A stretch of DNA of 63,440 nucleotides, filler included, from Ministeria vibrans ATCC 50519 (lineage: Eukaryota; Protista; Filasterea), in assembly GCA_943704425.1 (NCBI GenBank). It is 5 parts of 5 records of this genome, joined end to end, with 100 filler letters (N's around TTAATTAATTAA, not from the genome) between each part and the next. Parts side by side here need not be neighbours in the genome. Positions count along the whole stretch, not along the records: positions 19,191 to 40,499 come from CALSCP010000556.1; 4 more parts are not named here. One strand, 5' to 3'. Shown here in pieces: positions 22,870-34,628 of the stretch; position 1 is the first letter of the stretch, and each line of letters starts with the position of its first letter. The notes under the pieces were generated by a model. The model did no database searches. It was given only the letters and a program-made list of their open reading frames with translations, and was not told where the DNA came from. The translations under genes were made by a program, and so were the position numbers.

Positions 22870-25800
22870 TTAAAAACATTTCCGTTCAACTGACTCAATC
22901 AGATTCACAGTCTCGCTCACGCTTATTCCACCCTAAAAAGAAAGCACACATTCTCTCAATACGTTTCGTCTCGTCTCTCTCAAACTCTCCCTCTCTCTCA
23001 AACTCTCTCTCTCCCACTGGTTTCTTCTTTCGTTCTTACGCTTTTAATGGAACGGACCAAATGATTCTGTTGCTCAACGGACAGAACAGAGACAAAGCGC
23101 GACACAATCAGTCCATCACACACTCCCTTGCGCACATGCGAGTGTGCTCGATATGCCTAAAAGCAACATGACAATCATTATGAGTCTGTGTTTGTCAGTC
23201 GCTGTCTCGTGTACTGGAATGGAAGCGCCGGTGAGTGAGGGACAGAGACCCAACTCAACCATTTGATGTTCAATGGCAGTAAGCGAGTGATACTCGGAAG
23301 GAGTGATGGGTGCAAGGACTGTGAGTGCTCCACTGGCAGACGCAACAAGGAGCACACGCGACGACGACGAAGATACTTGCGACTCTGATACAAAGCCAGA
23401 CACAGCGGAGTGGGTGAACTGTACAAGGCGCAGTCGTGTGCATTGACCCTGATGCACATCAAAAGCGCACACCTGCTCAAGCCAGTTAAAGGCACCGCCT
23501 GTCTTCACACGCTCCACTGCCAGTGCGCCCGTGTGGTCCACACCATACAGCACAAATGACCCTGTTGCACTGTCCACCGTCGCAAGGCACTCCTTCATCA
23601 CCCGCGCTCGTGGACTCTCCATCGCATACGTCAATGTTACTTTCCCACCCACTCCTTCTTCTCCTCCATCCAGCAGCAGTTCCGCTCGCACTGCAAACAG
23701 TCCCGTGTGCAAATCACTTACGCCAATCAGTGCCGATTCAGGACACACACTCACACGCAATATCATACTTGTGCGTTGGCGGTACGCTGTATCATACACA
23801 AACTACACAATCGAACAATCCAGTGGTAAGAAGACATAAGATGAATGTTTGTCTAATAATACAACGATAATAAAAATAACGATAATAGCAGTAATATAAT
23901 AACGCGACATTTAACATCATTATCTTTTTTTCATCATTACCTTCTGACCGTCCCAATGCAGCACTTGAACCTCTGGACCAGCGCCAACAATCAAGAGAGA
24001 GTCGCCAAATACTTCGATGGTCCGCACACTGCTCTCTACCAAGATTGGCTGCCACTCGCCCACCCACTTCAGCTCATCGCCCCCCTGTGGGTTGTGATAC
24101 GCAACCAGCAATCCCTGAGCCAACCTTGGATCGGTTTTGGAATGCTCAAAGCCGATAAAGATCATATCGCGATGGGCTGTGATGGCAAGAGCACGAAGTC
24201 GCGCGGCAACCTGCCGAGCGGGCAGGGGAGCTCGCGCAACCACGTCTCCCGTCAGCGCATCGACAAGCAAAAGTTCGCGCGACGAGGTGACGGCAAGGCG
24301 ATTTCCTTGCGAAATGTGAGTGATTCGAGAAAAGCTATCGCCTGTCAGCAGCACGTCGAGGGAAAGGCGGCGATGCTCTGCCAGCGCGACAATGTACAGC
24401 TGGTCGGTGGTCATAAAAATCAGTCCAGTGCCCTGCGTGGTATGTGGCAAAAGAGAGGAGCTGAAGGGAACCGCAAGACTGAGCGCACGTGTGAACGCAA
24501 CTGGCATGATCGACGGCAAACCATATAGGGAGCGCACAATGTGTGCACGTTCGCACAGCGCAATGAGTGTCTCGGGCGTGTCCTCGTTGCGGCTGCTGTT
24601 GTTGGCGGCAACAGTCGACGCATTGACACGCAAAAGTCGCACAGGTGTGGCACCAAGCGTGCGAGTGTGCGGTTCGGATGCGACTGTCGGACAACCGCCC
24701 GATGTCGGCGACCACGTCCAGTCAAAGCGCGCCAGACGACCGTCACGCAAACCCACATAGAGAAGGGTGTCAGCACCCTGCAGACGACGAGCAATGCGCA
24801 CCGATTCGGGAACACAATGGCCGCGATCCTGCCGCATTGCGGGCAACTGAATGGGTGCGGCGACGCTCTCCAGTGTGGACAACGCCAAAATGTGAACCTC
24901 CGATGTATATGTGCCCACCAAGACAATGCCGTGCGCTGAGTCCACATCAACACACGACGGCTCAACAATCCCCAGGGCACGAGCACACAGCTCGGAAATG
25001 AAGCCGTCCTCGCACGACACACGAAGCACAATCAAACGGTTTCCAGGTGTCACCGAGAGTACGACGATATCGTCGTGGCCGTCAACGACACTAATGGAGG
25101 ATGCACTAGTACCGTCAGGACACCACTCGTGCATGCATGACGGATGAAGTGGCAGAGCCGACAGCAGATCGACTGACGAGGCGGGAAGACGCACGGTGCG
25201 CACACGCTGAGCTGTCACTTGGATCAGGATGTTGCCCTGCGGTGTGCTCATGGCCAAAAGGGTCGTTTCACTGCCACACAGACCCACATCGTCCGCTAAG
25301 ATGGTCTCAAAGTTGACACTATCCGTCGTTTCATCGTGCACAAGCGCAAAGGCACACGAAAGACTCTGCAAGAAGGTAACAAGCACCAGTTCGTGATCGG
25401 GCACTTGAGACGAGCGCGCGAGTGCCCACACCCCCGACACCCCTTCATAGTCAGCATCAGACTCGTGAATCACCGAAGCAGCTACGCCATTGGTGACACG
25501 GCGCACACTGCCACAGTCCACCGCAGCACCCGCCGTCACACTCACATCATACACCGGCCGTGGCACAGTGCCATCAGTATCATCATCAGCACCACCAAGT
25601 CCACAACACAAAAACGCCACGTCCGACGTGTCTCCAGGCATTCTCGCCACAGCACAGTCCAGAATGGGTCCCCAGTTTTCAATCACTTCAATAGGCCGCA
25701 CACTCAGATCAGGAGACAACTAAACAACGTGCATAAGCTTCGTACCATGCTATCAATGTTTGAGACGTACCGTCAGCAAAAGAGTCACTCCGTCTCCTCT

Positions 25801-26783
25801 GAGACTTGGCAGCACAACCACACACGTGTCGTCAGAACTACCGGGCTGTGTTGATGGCAAGGTGACAGTGGGGATGACCGTCAAGTGTGCTGCAGCAATG
25901 TGTTGGCCCAATGACATGGCACTGAGTGTGTCGACCTGAACGGTCACGAGAAAGAGTTCGGCGCAACTGTCAAGTGTGAGAAGCCGCGTGCAAGGCATTT
26001 GCTCGCTTGTGTTGGCGGGTAGAGCGCACCACGACAGACACGGTCTAAAGTATATGAATAAGAGATATTCAAACAAATCAAAAATAATATATAAATATGA
26101 ACCGTTGTTGAGGGAGGAGAAACGGCTGCGGCCACTCAAGGGACTGTTCGAGGTGAAGAGGAACAGAGATGATGAAGACACGACCGTGCTCGGAAACGAG
26201 CAGAAACGACTCGGAAAGGTGAAGGAGAGGCTCAATGTGAATGTAGAGTGGCGTGCTGTTACTATTGCGGTTGTCGGGGGCGTCACAGGAAGGAATGTCG
26301 TAGGAGAGACGTGAGATTGAGAGGAGGGGGGCTGTGTGAGACGACTGGAGACGGGAAACAATGATGGTGGCGCAGTTGCTTGTTGAATTCCAGGCAAGAA
26401 CAACAGAAAGAGCAGCCGAGAGAAATGCTGTGGAAATGATGGTGGTGCGTGAAGGGAGTCGTGGTGACTCGAGCAACTGCAAAAACAAAACAAAAACCCC
26501 CAAATATTACGGAATCACTATGACTGAAGTTGAATGGGTTACGTGACAAACGCCGTTGGGAGCGGTGGGGGAAACAGAAAATATGGAAAGAGATTCGTTA
26601 AAGCCGGCTGCAAGGATAGATTGGCCACTAAAACAGAGAAGACGAAGGTCAAAGATTAACTTTATTATTATTAGTATTATTAGTATTATTAGTATTATTA
26701 GTAGTATTATTTTAATTATCATTATTATTATTATTATTCGTATTATTAGTATTATCATTATTATTATTAGTAGTATTATTTTA

Positions 26784-26838
<55 letters not shown>

Positions 26839-26850
26839 GTATTATTAGTA

Positions 26851-26885
<35 letters not shown>

Positions 26886-27532
26886 GTAGTAGGGTATAAT
26901 GTGATGCACATACGTTGAATCGACATTGAGATGGTGACAGGTCTCGTTGTAAGTGAAGGGTAGGGAGGGAAAGAGAGATGAGGGTGCAATTTGAGAAATG
27001 GATTGGAAGGAATGCGGGTGGGAGGGCACAATGCGGAGGAGGGAGACAAAGCCCGAGTCGGACAGGAGGGCAATCCAGTCTGCAACACACAATATGAGAT
27101 GAGTCAGTTGCGCGACTGGTTGGCATTGGTGTACCCTGGTCCTGGTCGCTGCGTGGCACAGCCTTGAGCGCATGGCAGGTGCCAAAGACAGGGCTCTCGC
27201 AGAGGGGCAGGAGAGCGTGTGTGGCGGGTGAGCAAAGGAACAGTTCGAGCGAGGAGGCCTGCGCAAACAACACCAACGCATGAGAGCCAGAGAGCGGCTC
27301 GTCAGCCCACCACATGCGTGTCTGGTACCTTGGCCACAACTAGGTCATATGCACGGAGCGAGCGAAAGCGTCCAGCACAGGAGCAGCTGATGAGAGAGCT
27401 GAGACACACAGTCGACACTGTCAGAAGACATTCTCCTCCTCTCTTCACACTTCAGACGACGGCGTACCTTTTCAGCACTTCCTGCGCATAGAAGTGCATG
27501 TCGATATTGGGCAGCTCATCAGGTTCGACCAT
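22870..27532 (-). CDS. DDB1/SAP130(RSE1)/CPSF160-family triple beta-propeller protein, divergent paralog, ~11 exons
   Basis: GRFRSLRAYDLVVAKASSLEL...ESPVFGT, IALLSDSG, IENWGPILDC, LCCG..., GSVRRVTNG, VPESV, LYVGLRDGRL and C-terminal GVCDGLIVSRF. Confidence 0.85.
26661..26883. repeat. Imperfect (TAT/TAG)n trinucleotide microsatellite in an intron
   Basis: Visible run; it produces the spurious poly-I/poly-N ORFs. Confidence 0.95.
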
Positions 27533-27632
27533 TGCAGAAATGACCAAGTGATGACCAAATACCAATAGAGTGAAATATTATGAAATAAATCTGATCGAGA
27601 TTTAAACTTATTTATCTCTATTTTTTTGTTGA

Positions 27633-29432
27633 ATGTCTACAAACAAGGGAAAGGGGCCCGCGTCGAAGGAACAGCTCACGCCGGAGGCTGCTGCGGCAGC
27701 GCTGATGGATGGCGAAGAGGACGAAGATGCGATTGACCGAATGTTCGACGCTTACCGTCGAGGCGAGATTCCTCGCGTTCCCGGCTACATTCGCGACGAC
27801 CACATCGAGGAGGACCTTGAGAACACCCCGCTGTTTATGTCTCGAGCGCCTCAAGGCGACGTGGATCCTGAGAAGGTACAGAATTTGCTCCGTTTCTGTT
27901 TTTTTGACACGTTCGCGTGTTGTGTGTTTTTGCACTGTTTGCGCAGTCACCGGCGATTGCTGCTCTCCAGAGCATTATTGACGAAGAACAGACACCCGAG
28001 GAGGCTGCCGCTTACTTCAAGGACGGCGGCAACGAAAAGTTTCGACAGGGTGGCGAAGAGAATATGAAGGGAGCGATTCGCATGTACTCAGACGGACTGT
28101 ACAAGGCGCGCGACGACTGCAGGGACCGCTCGCTCGTGCTCATGCTCTATGCGAACCGCGCTGCGGCCCATCTGATGCTGAAGAATCACCGACAGACACT
28201 GCTGGACTGCGCGTCCGCCTGGAAGGAACACGAGCGCATTGTGGCCGAGGCAAAGACAGCAGCAACAGCAACATCGACATCGGCGACATCCTCAACCGAC
28301 GACAGCGACAGCAGTACGGCTGCTCCGTCCATTAAGACTTCAGGTGCTATTATCAAGGCATGTGTACGTGCGTGCAAGGCATCGTCGGCGCTGGGTCGAC
28401 CTCAAGAGGGCGTCGAGTGGTGTGATAAGGCGCTGACCGTCGACCCAGCTCACGAGACGGTGCGCGAACACCGCGCACTGGCAGTCAAGGCCGAAGCGGA
28501 GCGTCTCAAGCGCTACCGCAAGCAACAACGCGAACGGAGCAAAATGCTTAATGCTGATAAGGCCCTCATCGAAGCGATTGAATCACGCGGAATTCACATG
28601 AGACAAGTAAGAAATGCCGTACAGTGCGCGTTCAACTGTCCATTCTCTCATTGCTCTTTCTATCGCTTTCCTTCTTCTTTTATCACTTTGTTTCCTCTCC
28701 GTCATTTCTATTACTTTTGTTTTTCTCTCTCTCTTATTTCCCTACCATTTTAATTATTATTGATAATTTCTCTTCCTCTTCTTTTCTCCTTCTCTCTCTC
28801 TTGTAGCATCCTGAACGTGACACGTCGATTCCCACGTCGATTCTGGAGAATCCCAGTGGCCATCGACTGCACTTGAAGGCGTCTGAGTCGACGGGTGAGC
28901 TCACACTCTGTGTGCCTGTCATGTTTCTGTATCCTGAATTTCACCAGACCGACTTCATTGAGGAGTTTTCCGAACATGCAACGTTCCAAGACCATCTGTC
29001 AGTCATGTTTGCACCATCAGAGGTCATTGCATGGAACACAGGCGCGACCGTTTACCGCGCGGACAACCTCGAAGTGTACTTTGAGCAGGACAGTGATATG
29101 TCCGGGGGCACAGTGGCCCGTCAGGGGTCGAATCTTTGCCGCGTTAATCGCTCACGCTCACTCTTGCAGGTTCTTCAGGTACGCAACTGATGAGACAAAA
29201 AAAAAAGAGCTGTATATGATCATAGATAGAGAGGGAGAGAGAGAGAGAGAGAGAGAGAAGGGAGAGCGTAAGACGAATGTGTCACAGTGAGTCAACGAAA
29301 AGTCATTTTAATGTGCTTCTGTTGTCTTTGTAGGACCCTCGTTTCTGCATTGTGGGTGGCATTGCTGTGTTCTTTCTTGTCGCTGCCGATTCGCAGTTCA
29401 AAGAGTCCTTTCTCAAATCACACAGAATATAA
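27633..29432 (+). CDS. TTC4: TTC4/CNS1 TPR co-chaperone, 4 exons
   Basis: LENTPLFM, AALQSII, FKDGGNEKF and LYANRAAAHLMLKNHR (TPR); VPVMFLYPEFHQTDFIEEF (wheel domain). Confidence 0.93.
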
Positions 29433-29510
29433 AATCACTTTTTTTTATCCACCATAATTGTACAAATTATTATTACTATTATCAACTACGATCGTACAAT
29501 AACAAGCAAA

Positions 29511-32500
29511 CTAAAAACTTTGAGTGTGGGCCTTGATGACTTTGAGGCGCCGCTCCACCTCCTGCGCAGTGGGTCGCGCCCATGGGTCACCCGTCCAACA
29601 GTCACTCATAAGCGTACAATAAGTCTGCGACCANNNNNNNNNNNNNNNNNNNNNNNNNNNNNNNNNNNNNNNNNNNNNNNNNNNNNNNNNNNNNNNNNNN
29701 NNNNNNNNNNNNNNNNNNNNNNNNNNNNNNNAGTGTGGGCCTTGATGACTTTGAGGCGCCGCTCCACCTCCTGCGCAGTGGGTCGCGCCCATGGGTCACC
29801 CGTCCAACAGTCACTCATAAGCGTACAATAAGTCTGCGACCACGACGGGTCAATGGGTGGTCGTACCCCTCGCGAAACAGACTCGATAATCTCCCAGTCA
29901 AATGCAATGTCGTTGAACGGTAGTTGGCGTGCCATAATCTCCCACAGAATGATCCCCAGCGCATACACATCCGCACTCAGCGAGTAGTTTGTGCCCGCAG
30001 ACACTTCAGGAGCACGCCACAGCAAAGTTCCCGTCTTGGCTGTCAGCACTCGCGGAGCCACACTCGACCGAATGCTCTCCCGACTCGCATCCGTCGTCTG
30101 TCGACTACTCCTCTCAGATTCCTCATTCACCAGATCAATGGGCGGTACATACGATCGCCCAATGTCCGTAGACGTAAATGCGTGGGGTTTGAGTCCGTCA
30201 ATCAGTCGAGCAGTCCTAAAATAGTCAAGGAACGTGAGCAGACTCAACCGAATGACACAAAGCTCCCTACCCAAAATCAGACACTTTCACAACCCAATCA
30301 GCGTCCACCAACAGATTCCCACTCTTCAAATCACGATGGATCCCTGGTGGATCCATTGCGTGCAGAAACGCCACACCACTGCTTGCATCACTCGCAAACG
30401 ACATTTTGCGTCCCAAACTCAATTCAATTGATGTGTCCCCCAACACATCCAACAGGCTCCCGCGCTCCATAAACTACACAGCAGATCATATGGTTGAGAA
30501 TTCACGTATACACATACATTATAATTATAATAATAATAAAAGTAGTAGAATTATATATACACATACATAAATTCACACGCACACGCACACACATACATAC
30601 ACACTCGCTCTCTGTCTTCCTATCCTTTTCTAATCCTTTACCTCTGTAACTAGATAGGGCGCCCCCGACGCAGTATACCCCGCTCCGTAAAAAAACACAA
30701 TGTGCGGTCCGCGAATCGATCGCAGCAGTTTGATTTCGCCTGCAAAGTCATCGACACTCTCCTTGTCCGTCTCCATCACTGCCTCACGCAGGTACTTCAC
30801 AGCAACCGTCTTGCCTACCCACTTGGCCAGCCACACCTTTCCAAATGCTCCGCTCGCAACTTCTTTGGTCCGCGTCAGGTCTGACTCGCTAATGTGCCAT
30901 GCGCGCTCTGCCTCGTCCCGCTCACGAGCCGCGACGTCTCTCTCCCGCTCCGCATCCACCAGATTGGCTTCGGCGTCGCCGAGCAGTCGAGCGTACAGTG
31001 AGGAGCGCTCACGATTGCGCTTGGAGCGACGCACAAGAAACAAAAACACGGCAATGGTCAGGATGGACATCAGAATGGCAAAGCCCACCAGTGCGCCCCA
31101 CGGAAAGTTACAATTGTCGCGGGACAAATAGCCAAAGTGACACGAACACGAGACGAGGCCTTGAGCAGCGGCAATCACAACACATGAGCCGTGAGCGTGG
31201 CACGTGGAGGGACGGCAGACGAGACAGTCATTGATAGACTGGGATCCAATGGAGCGAGTATAGGTGTCGCCAGGACATTTCGAACACACAGTCATGCCTA
31301 AAGATCAGAAGAAACAAAAAATGTCCCTCACACCCTTTCTTTTTTCTCTCCTTCAGGCTCACCTGCTGCTGACGAAAAGGATCCCAAGGGACACGACTGA
31401 CACGGGTCGTATCCAAACGCTTCAGAAAACTCACCGGCGTTGCATCCAAGCTCAAGGAACATTGTGACAGACGGACTCGCGCCCAGTCCACCATACACAC
31501 CACTAAAACAAAAATAATAATGACCCTTTTAGTAGACATGCACTATTCCTAAATTTATTATTAGATATTGTGCTCGTACAAGCCAGTGCGTCGCCCAGCA
31601 GAGTTGTTTTGTGAGGGAATAATAGGCATTTGTGCGCCTGCTCCCGACGAGATAGAAATAGGATAGCCAGCGCGGGTGTTGAGCAGCGACCAGTCGTTGT
31701 TGACGAGTGAGTAGACGTACAGGTCCGAGTCGCGTTCCGAGAGCAGGTCTTCGCCACCAAACATTACTATGGCCTGACCAATTGACGCCATTTGTGGGTA
31801 AAGACGCGACGGAGCGGGTCCACTCACCGGAGTGATTTCGCTCCAGTAGTTCTCGAGCGCATCGTACTTCCACATGTCGCCATAGGGCAAGCGCGTGATG
31901 GCATCAAACCCACCAAAGATGATCAGGTAGCGCTCGAGCAACACCTGGCCGTTGGGTAGAGAGCGAGCGGGCGGGTAGGTTCCATTGGTCTGCGGGATGG
32001 TCCACTCAAGCGTCGCCAAATCGAGCAGTTGCAACGAGACAAAGGAGTGCTGTTGCGAGGCAATGAGACCCCCAAAAAAGATGAGCGAGCCATAAGTGGA
32101 CGTTGACGATGAAATGGCACGCACAAGACCACCGACGGGGAGTGCAACAGCAATGGGTGAGGGAGACGACGGTGGTGCAAGCACTTCGGTCCAGTAATTG
32201 CGGTGGAGCGAGTAGATGAATGTGCGGTTGCTGGGCCCTTCAAACTGTGTCCATCCTCCAAAGAGCACTGTTGTCTGCTCACCCGCAAACATCTTCACGT
32301 TGGCCGTGAGCATAATGTACGATTCAAGTGCGGGTGGCTTTGTGCCTGACGGATAGAGCTGGCGCCATACAAGGTTGTTCACATTGAGAAGCCAGAGGTC
32401 ACTGAAGAAGACCCACTCGACAAGGCCAATTCCCCCATACATTAGAAAGACAATCTGGTCGCCCGTTGCATTGCCTGTGAGCGTCCCCACACTCACATCA

Positions 32501-32648
32501 AGTGTAGACAGCATGTAATCAGGCAGTGCAAAGGAGGAGGTCGCAGACAGTTGCAGCTGAGCCATCTGCATGAACTGGCGCGGCGAAGGAAAACTCGGCG
32601 CAGACCGGTCTTCCCACAAGCCCTGAGACAGGTCAAGAAGGTATACCT

Positions 32649-32688
<40 letters not shown>

Positions 32689-32719
32689 GAGACAGAGAGA
32701 CAGAGAGACAGAGAGAGAC

Positions 32720-32752
<33 letters not shown>

Positions 32753-32777
32753 GAGAGAGACAGAGAGACAGAGAGAC

Positions 32778-32810
<33 letters not shown>

Positions 32811-32848
32811 GAGAGAGACAGAGAGAGACAGAGAGAGAGAGAGAGAGC

Positions 32849-32888
<40 letters not shown>

Positions 32889-34331
32889 AAGTGATAGAGA
32901 GAGAGAGTTAATGATGAAAAAGAAGAATGAGACGCAAAACAGAAGGTGCAATCGTGAAAAGGTCATTATGAATTGAGAGGCGTTTTACGTCGGAAACGTC
33001 GTCGATGTGAGCATACTGTAGACGACCGCCAAACATGACAAGATAATTGTAGGGCTTCCATGTGCCCACGACAAAGCCAATGCGGGCAATGGGGAGAGAG
33101 GAGAGCTGTTGGTAGACAACGTTTGCGAAGGGGTGGTTGAGGCGCGTCGACATGGCGATGTTGTTTGTGTAGACAAACGGAGCGACCGTCGTGATGTTGA
33201 TCTCGTAGACAATCAAATCCAGAAGGTCGTAGGTAGTCACGGCAAAGACATTTGCGGAGCACACGCCGTCTGGTAGCTGCGTTGAATCAAAGACGGACGG
33301 ACCAAGATTGCGAAAGATGCTCTGAGAGGAGATGGACGCCGTGTTGTTGTTGACGAGCGTCCACTGAGCCGTCACGTTGGTTGAGGAGATGGTGACAGGT
33401 TCGAGAAATTCGAGAACCCACAGGTCGTAGAGCCAGAGGTAGTTGACATTGGAGAAGGAAGAGGTGCCGCCGACCATGACCATCTGGGAGTCGGTGCACA
33501 GCATGCCGACCGAGGCGAGGAGACGACCGCGCGGCACAATTCCGTCATGCGCAATGACAGGACGAAATACACCGCGCAACGGATTCGTTTTCGATCCAAG
33601 GGAGCCTTGCAGGGTGAGAACCCATGTGTCATTAAGGACACGTGAAGGAAGCAGCGAGTAGCCGCGCAACGACGACTGAGAGCCGCCGAAGACGATCGCC
33701 ATCATATGGTCTGACACGGAAGTGTACGCTGGCGCAGCACGGCGCGAAGGCCAGGTTACACCAATGACGTCGTCTTCGTTGGGGCCAAGAAAGTGCCACG
33801 AGTTGTTGTTGTGGTTGTACAGCCAAGCGTCGTTGAGAAGCGTCTGAAACGACGTATCATAAGAAAATTTAAGAATAGACGTACAGTACCAACAGCGACA
33901 TGACTGTCATGTTTCAGTTTGTCGTTAATTCTTACCTGATTTGCCACACTGAGTCCTCCGGTGGCGCCGGCAAAGACGACAAAATAGGTGTGCAAGCCAA
34001 CGGCCATCTGAAGACCGGCATGGGAATAGCGGGCGACGGGCGCAGGGCCGGGGAGGGGGCGGTGGACACTCCACGTCCGCTGCGTCAAATCCATCGCCCA
34101 CACGTCGTTGGACTCGACGATGGCCGTGTTGTTTTCGCCGCTGAACACGTACAGGTGGTTGCCAATGACGGTGCCCGCTGCAAAGTCGACGGGACGAGGC
34201 GAAAACGCGCGAGTGTCCAACGACTGCCACAAGTCCACATCAAACGCAGGCGTGCCCGGCGCTGCTGATCCCTGTGCATGCCGGGCGCCCAGGGTCAAGC
34301 AGCCCAAGCTTGCAAGCAAGGCAAGTAGCAT
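29511..34331 (-). CDS. Receptor kinase 1: signal peptide, kelch-like repeats, Cys-rich GCC2/GCC3-type repeats, EGF, TM, TKL (Raf-like) kinase
   Basis: Repeated FGG...ND.W kelch blades; CQSCPLGSF/CSKCPGDTY; CHAHGSC...CSCHFGY (EGF); TM GALVGFAILMSILTIAVFLFLV; kinase motifs SGAFGKV, VAVK, HRDLKSGN, DFG, GTLLWRAPE, DVYALG. Confidence 0.93.
32651..32907. repeat. (GA)n/(GACA) compound microsatellite in an intron of receptor kinase 1
   Basis: Visible run. Confidence 0.95.
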
Positions 34332-34628
34332 GGGGGGCCAAAATTGAATGAATGAAACTGTGATAAAACTAATAATTTAACTCTTAGTTAAGACTGATCG
34401 AATTGTTCGGTTTTTTCATGAATTTGAATTATGGTCGTTTAAAAAACACCGGCTACTAGTTAGCCACTAATAGGAGATGAATGTCCAGCGCCAAATACAT
34501 TGAAAAGAATGAGAAAAAGCGTGACAGGTGTGACCAAGCAAATGTCCTCAACGACTCACCAAACACGCGATACAATAATAAAATATTATTACTCTTGTTC
34601 TGTTACAATGTATCATAATTATTTGTTC

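Noticed and set aside
29520-29842. Apparent duplication of the last ~110 bp of receptor kinase 1 on both sides of an N gap
   Set aside because: Identical flanks around a gap are a typical unmerged contig overlap, probably caused by the repeat shared with copy 2.
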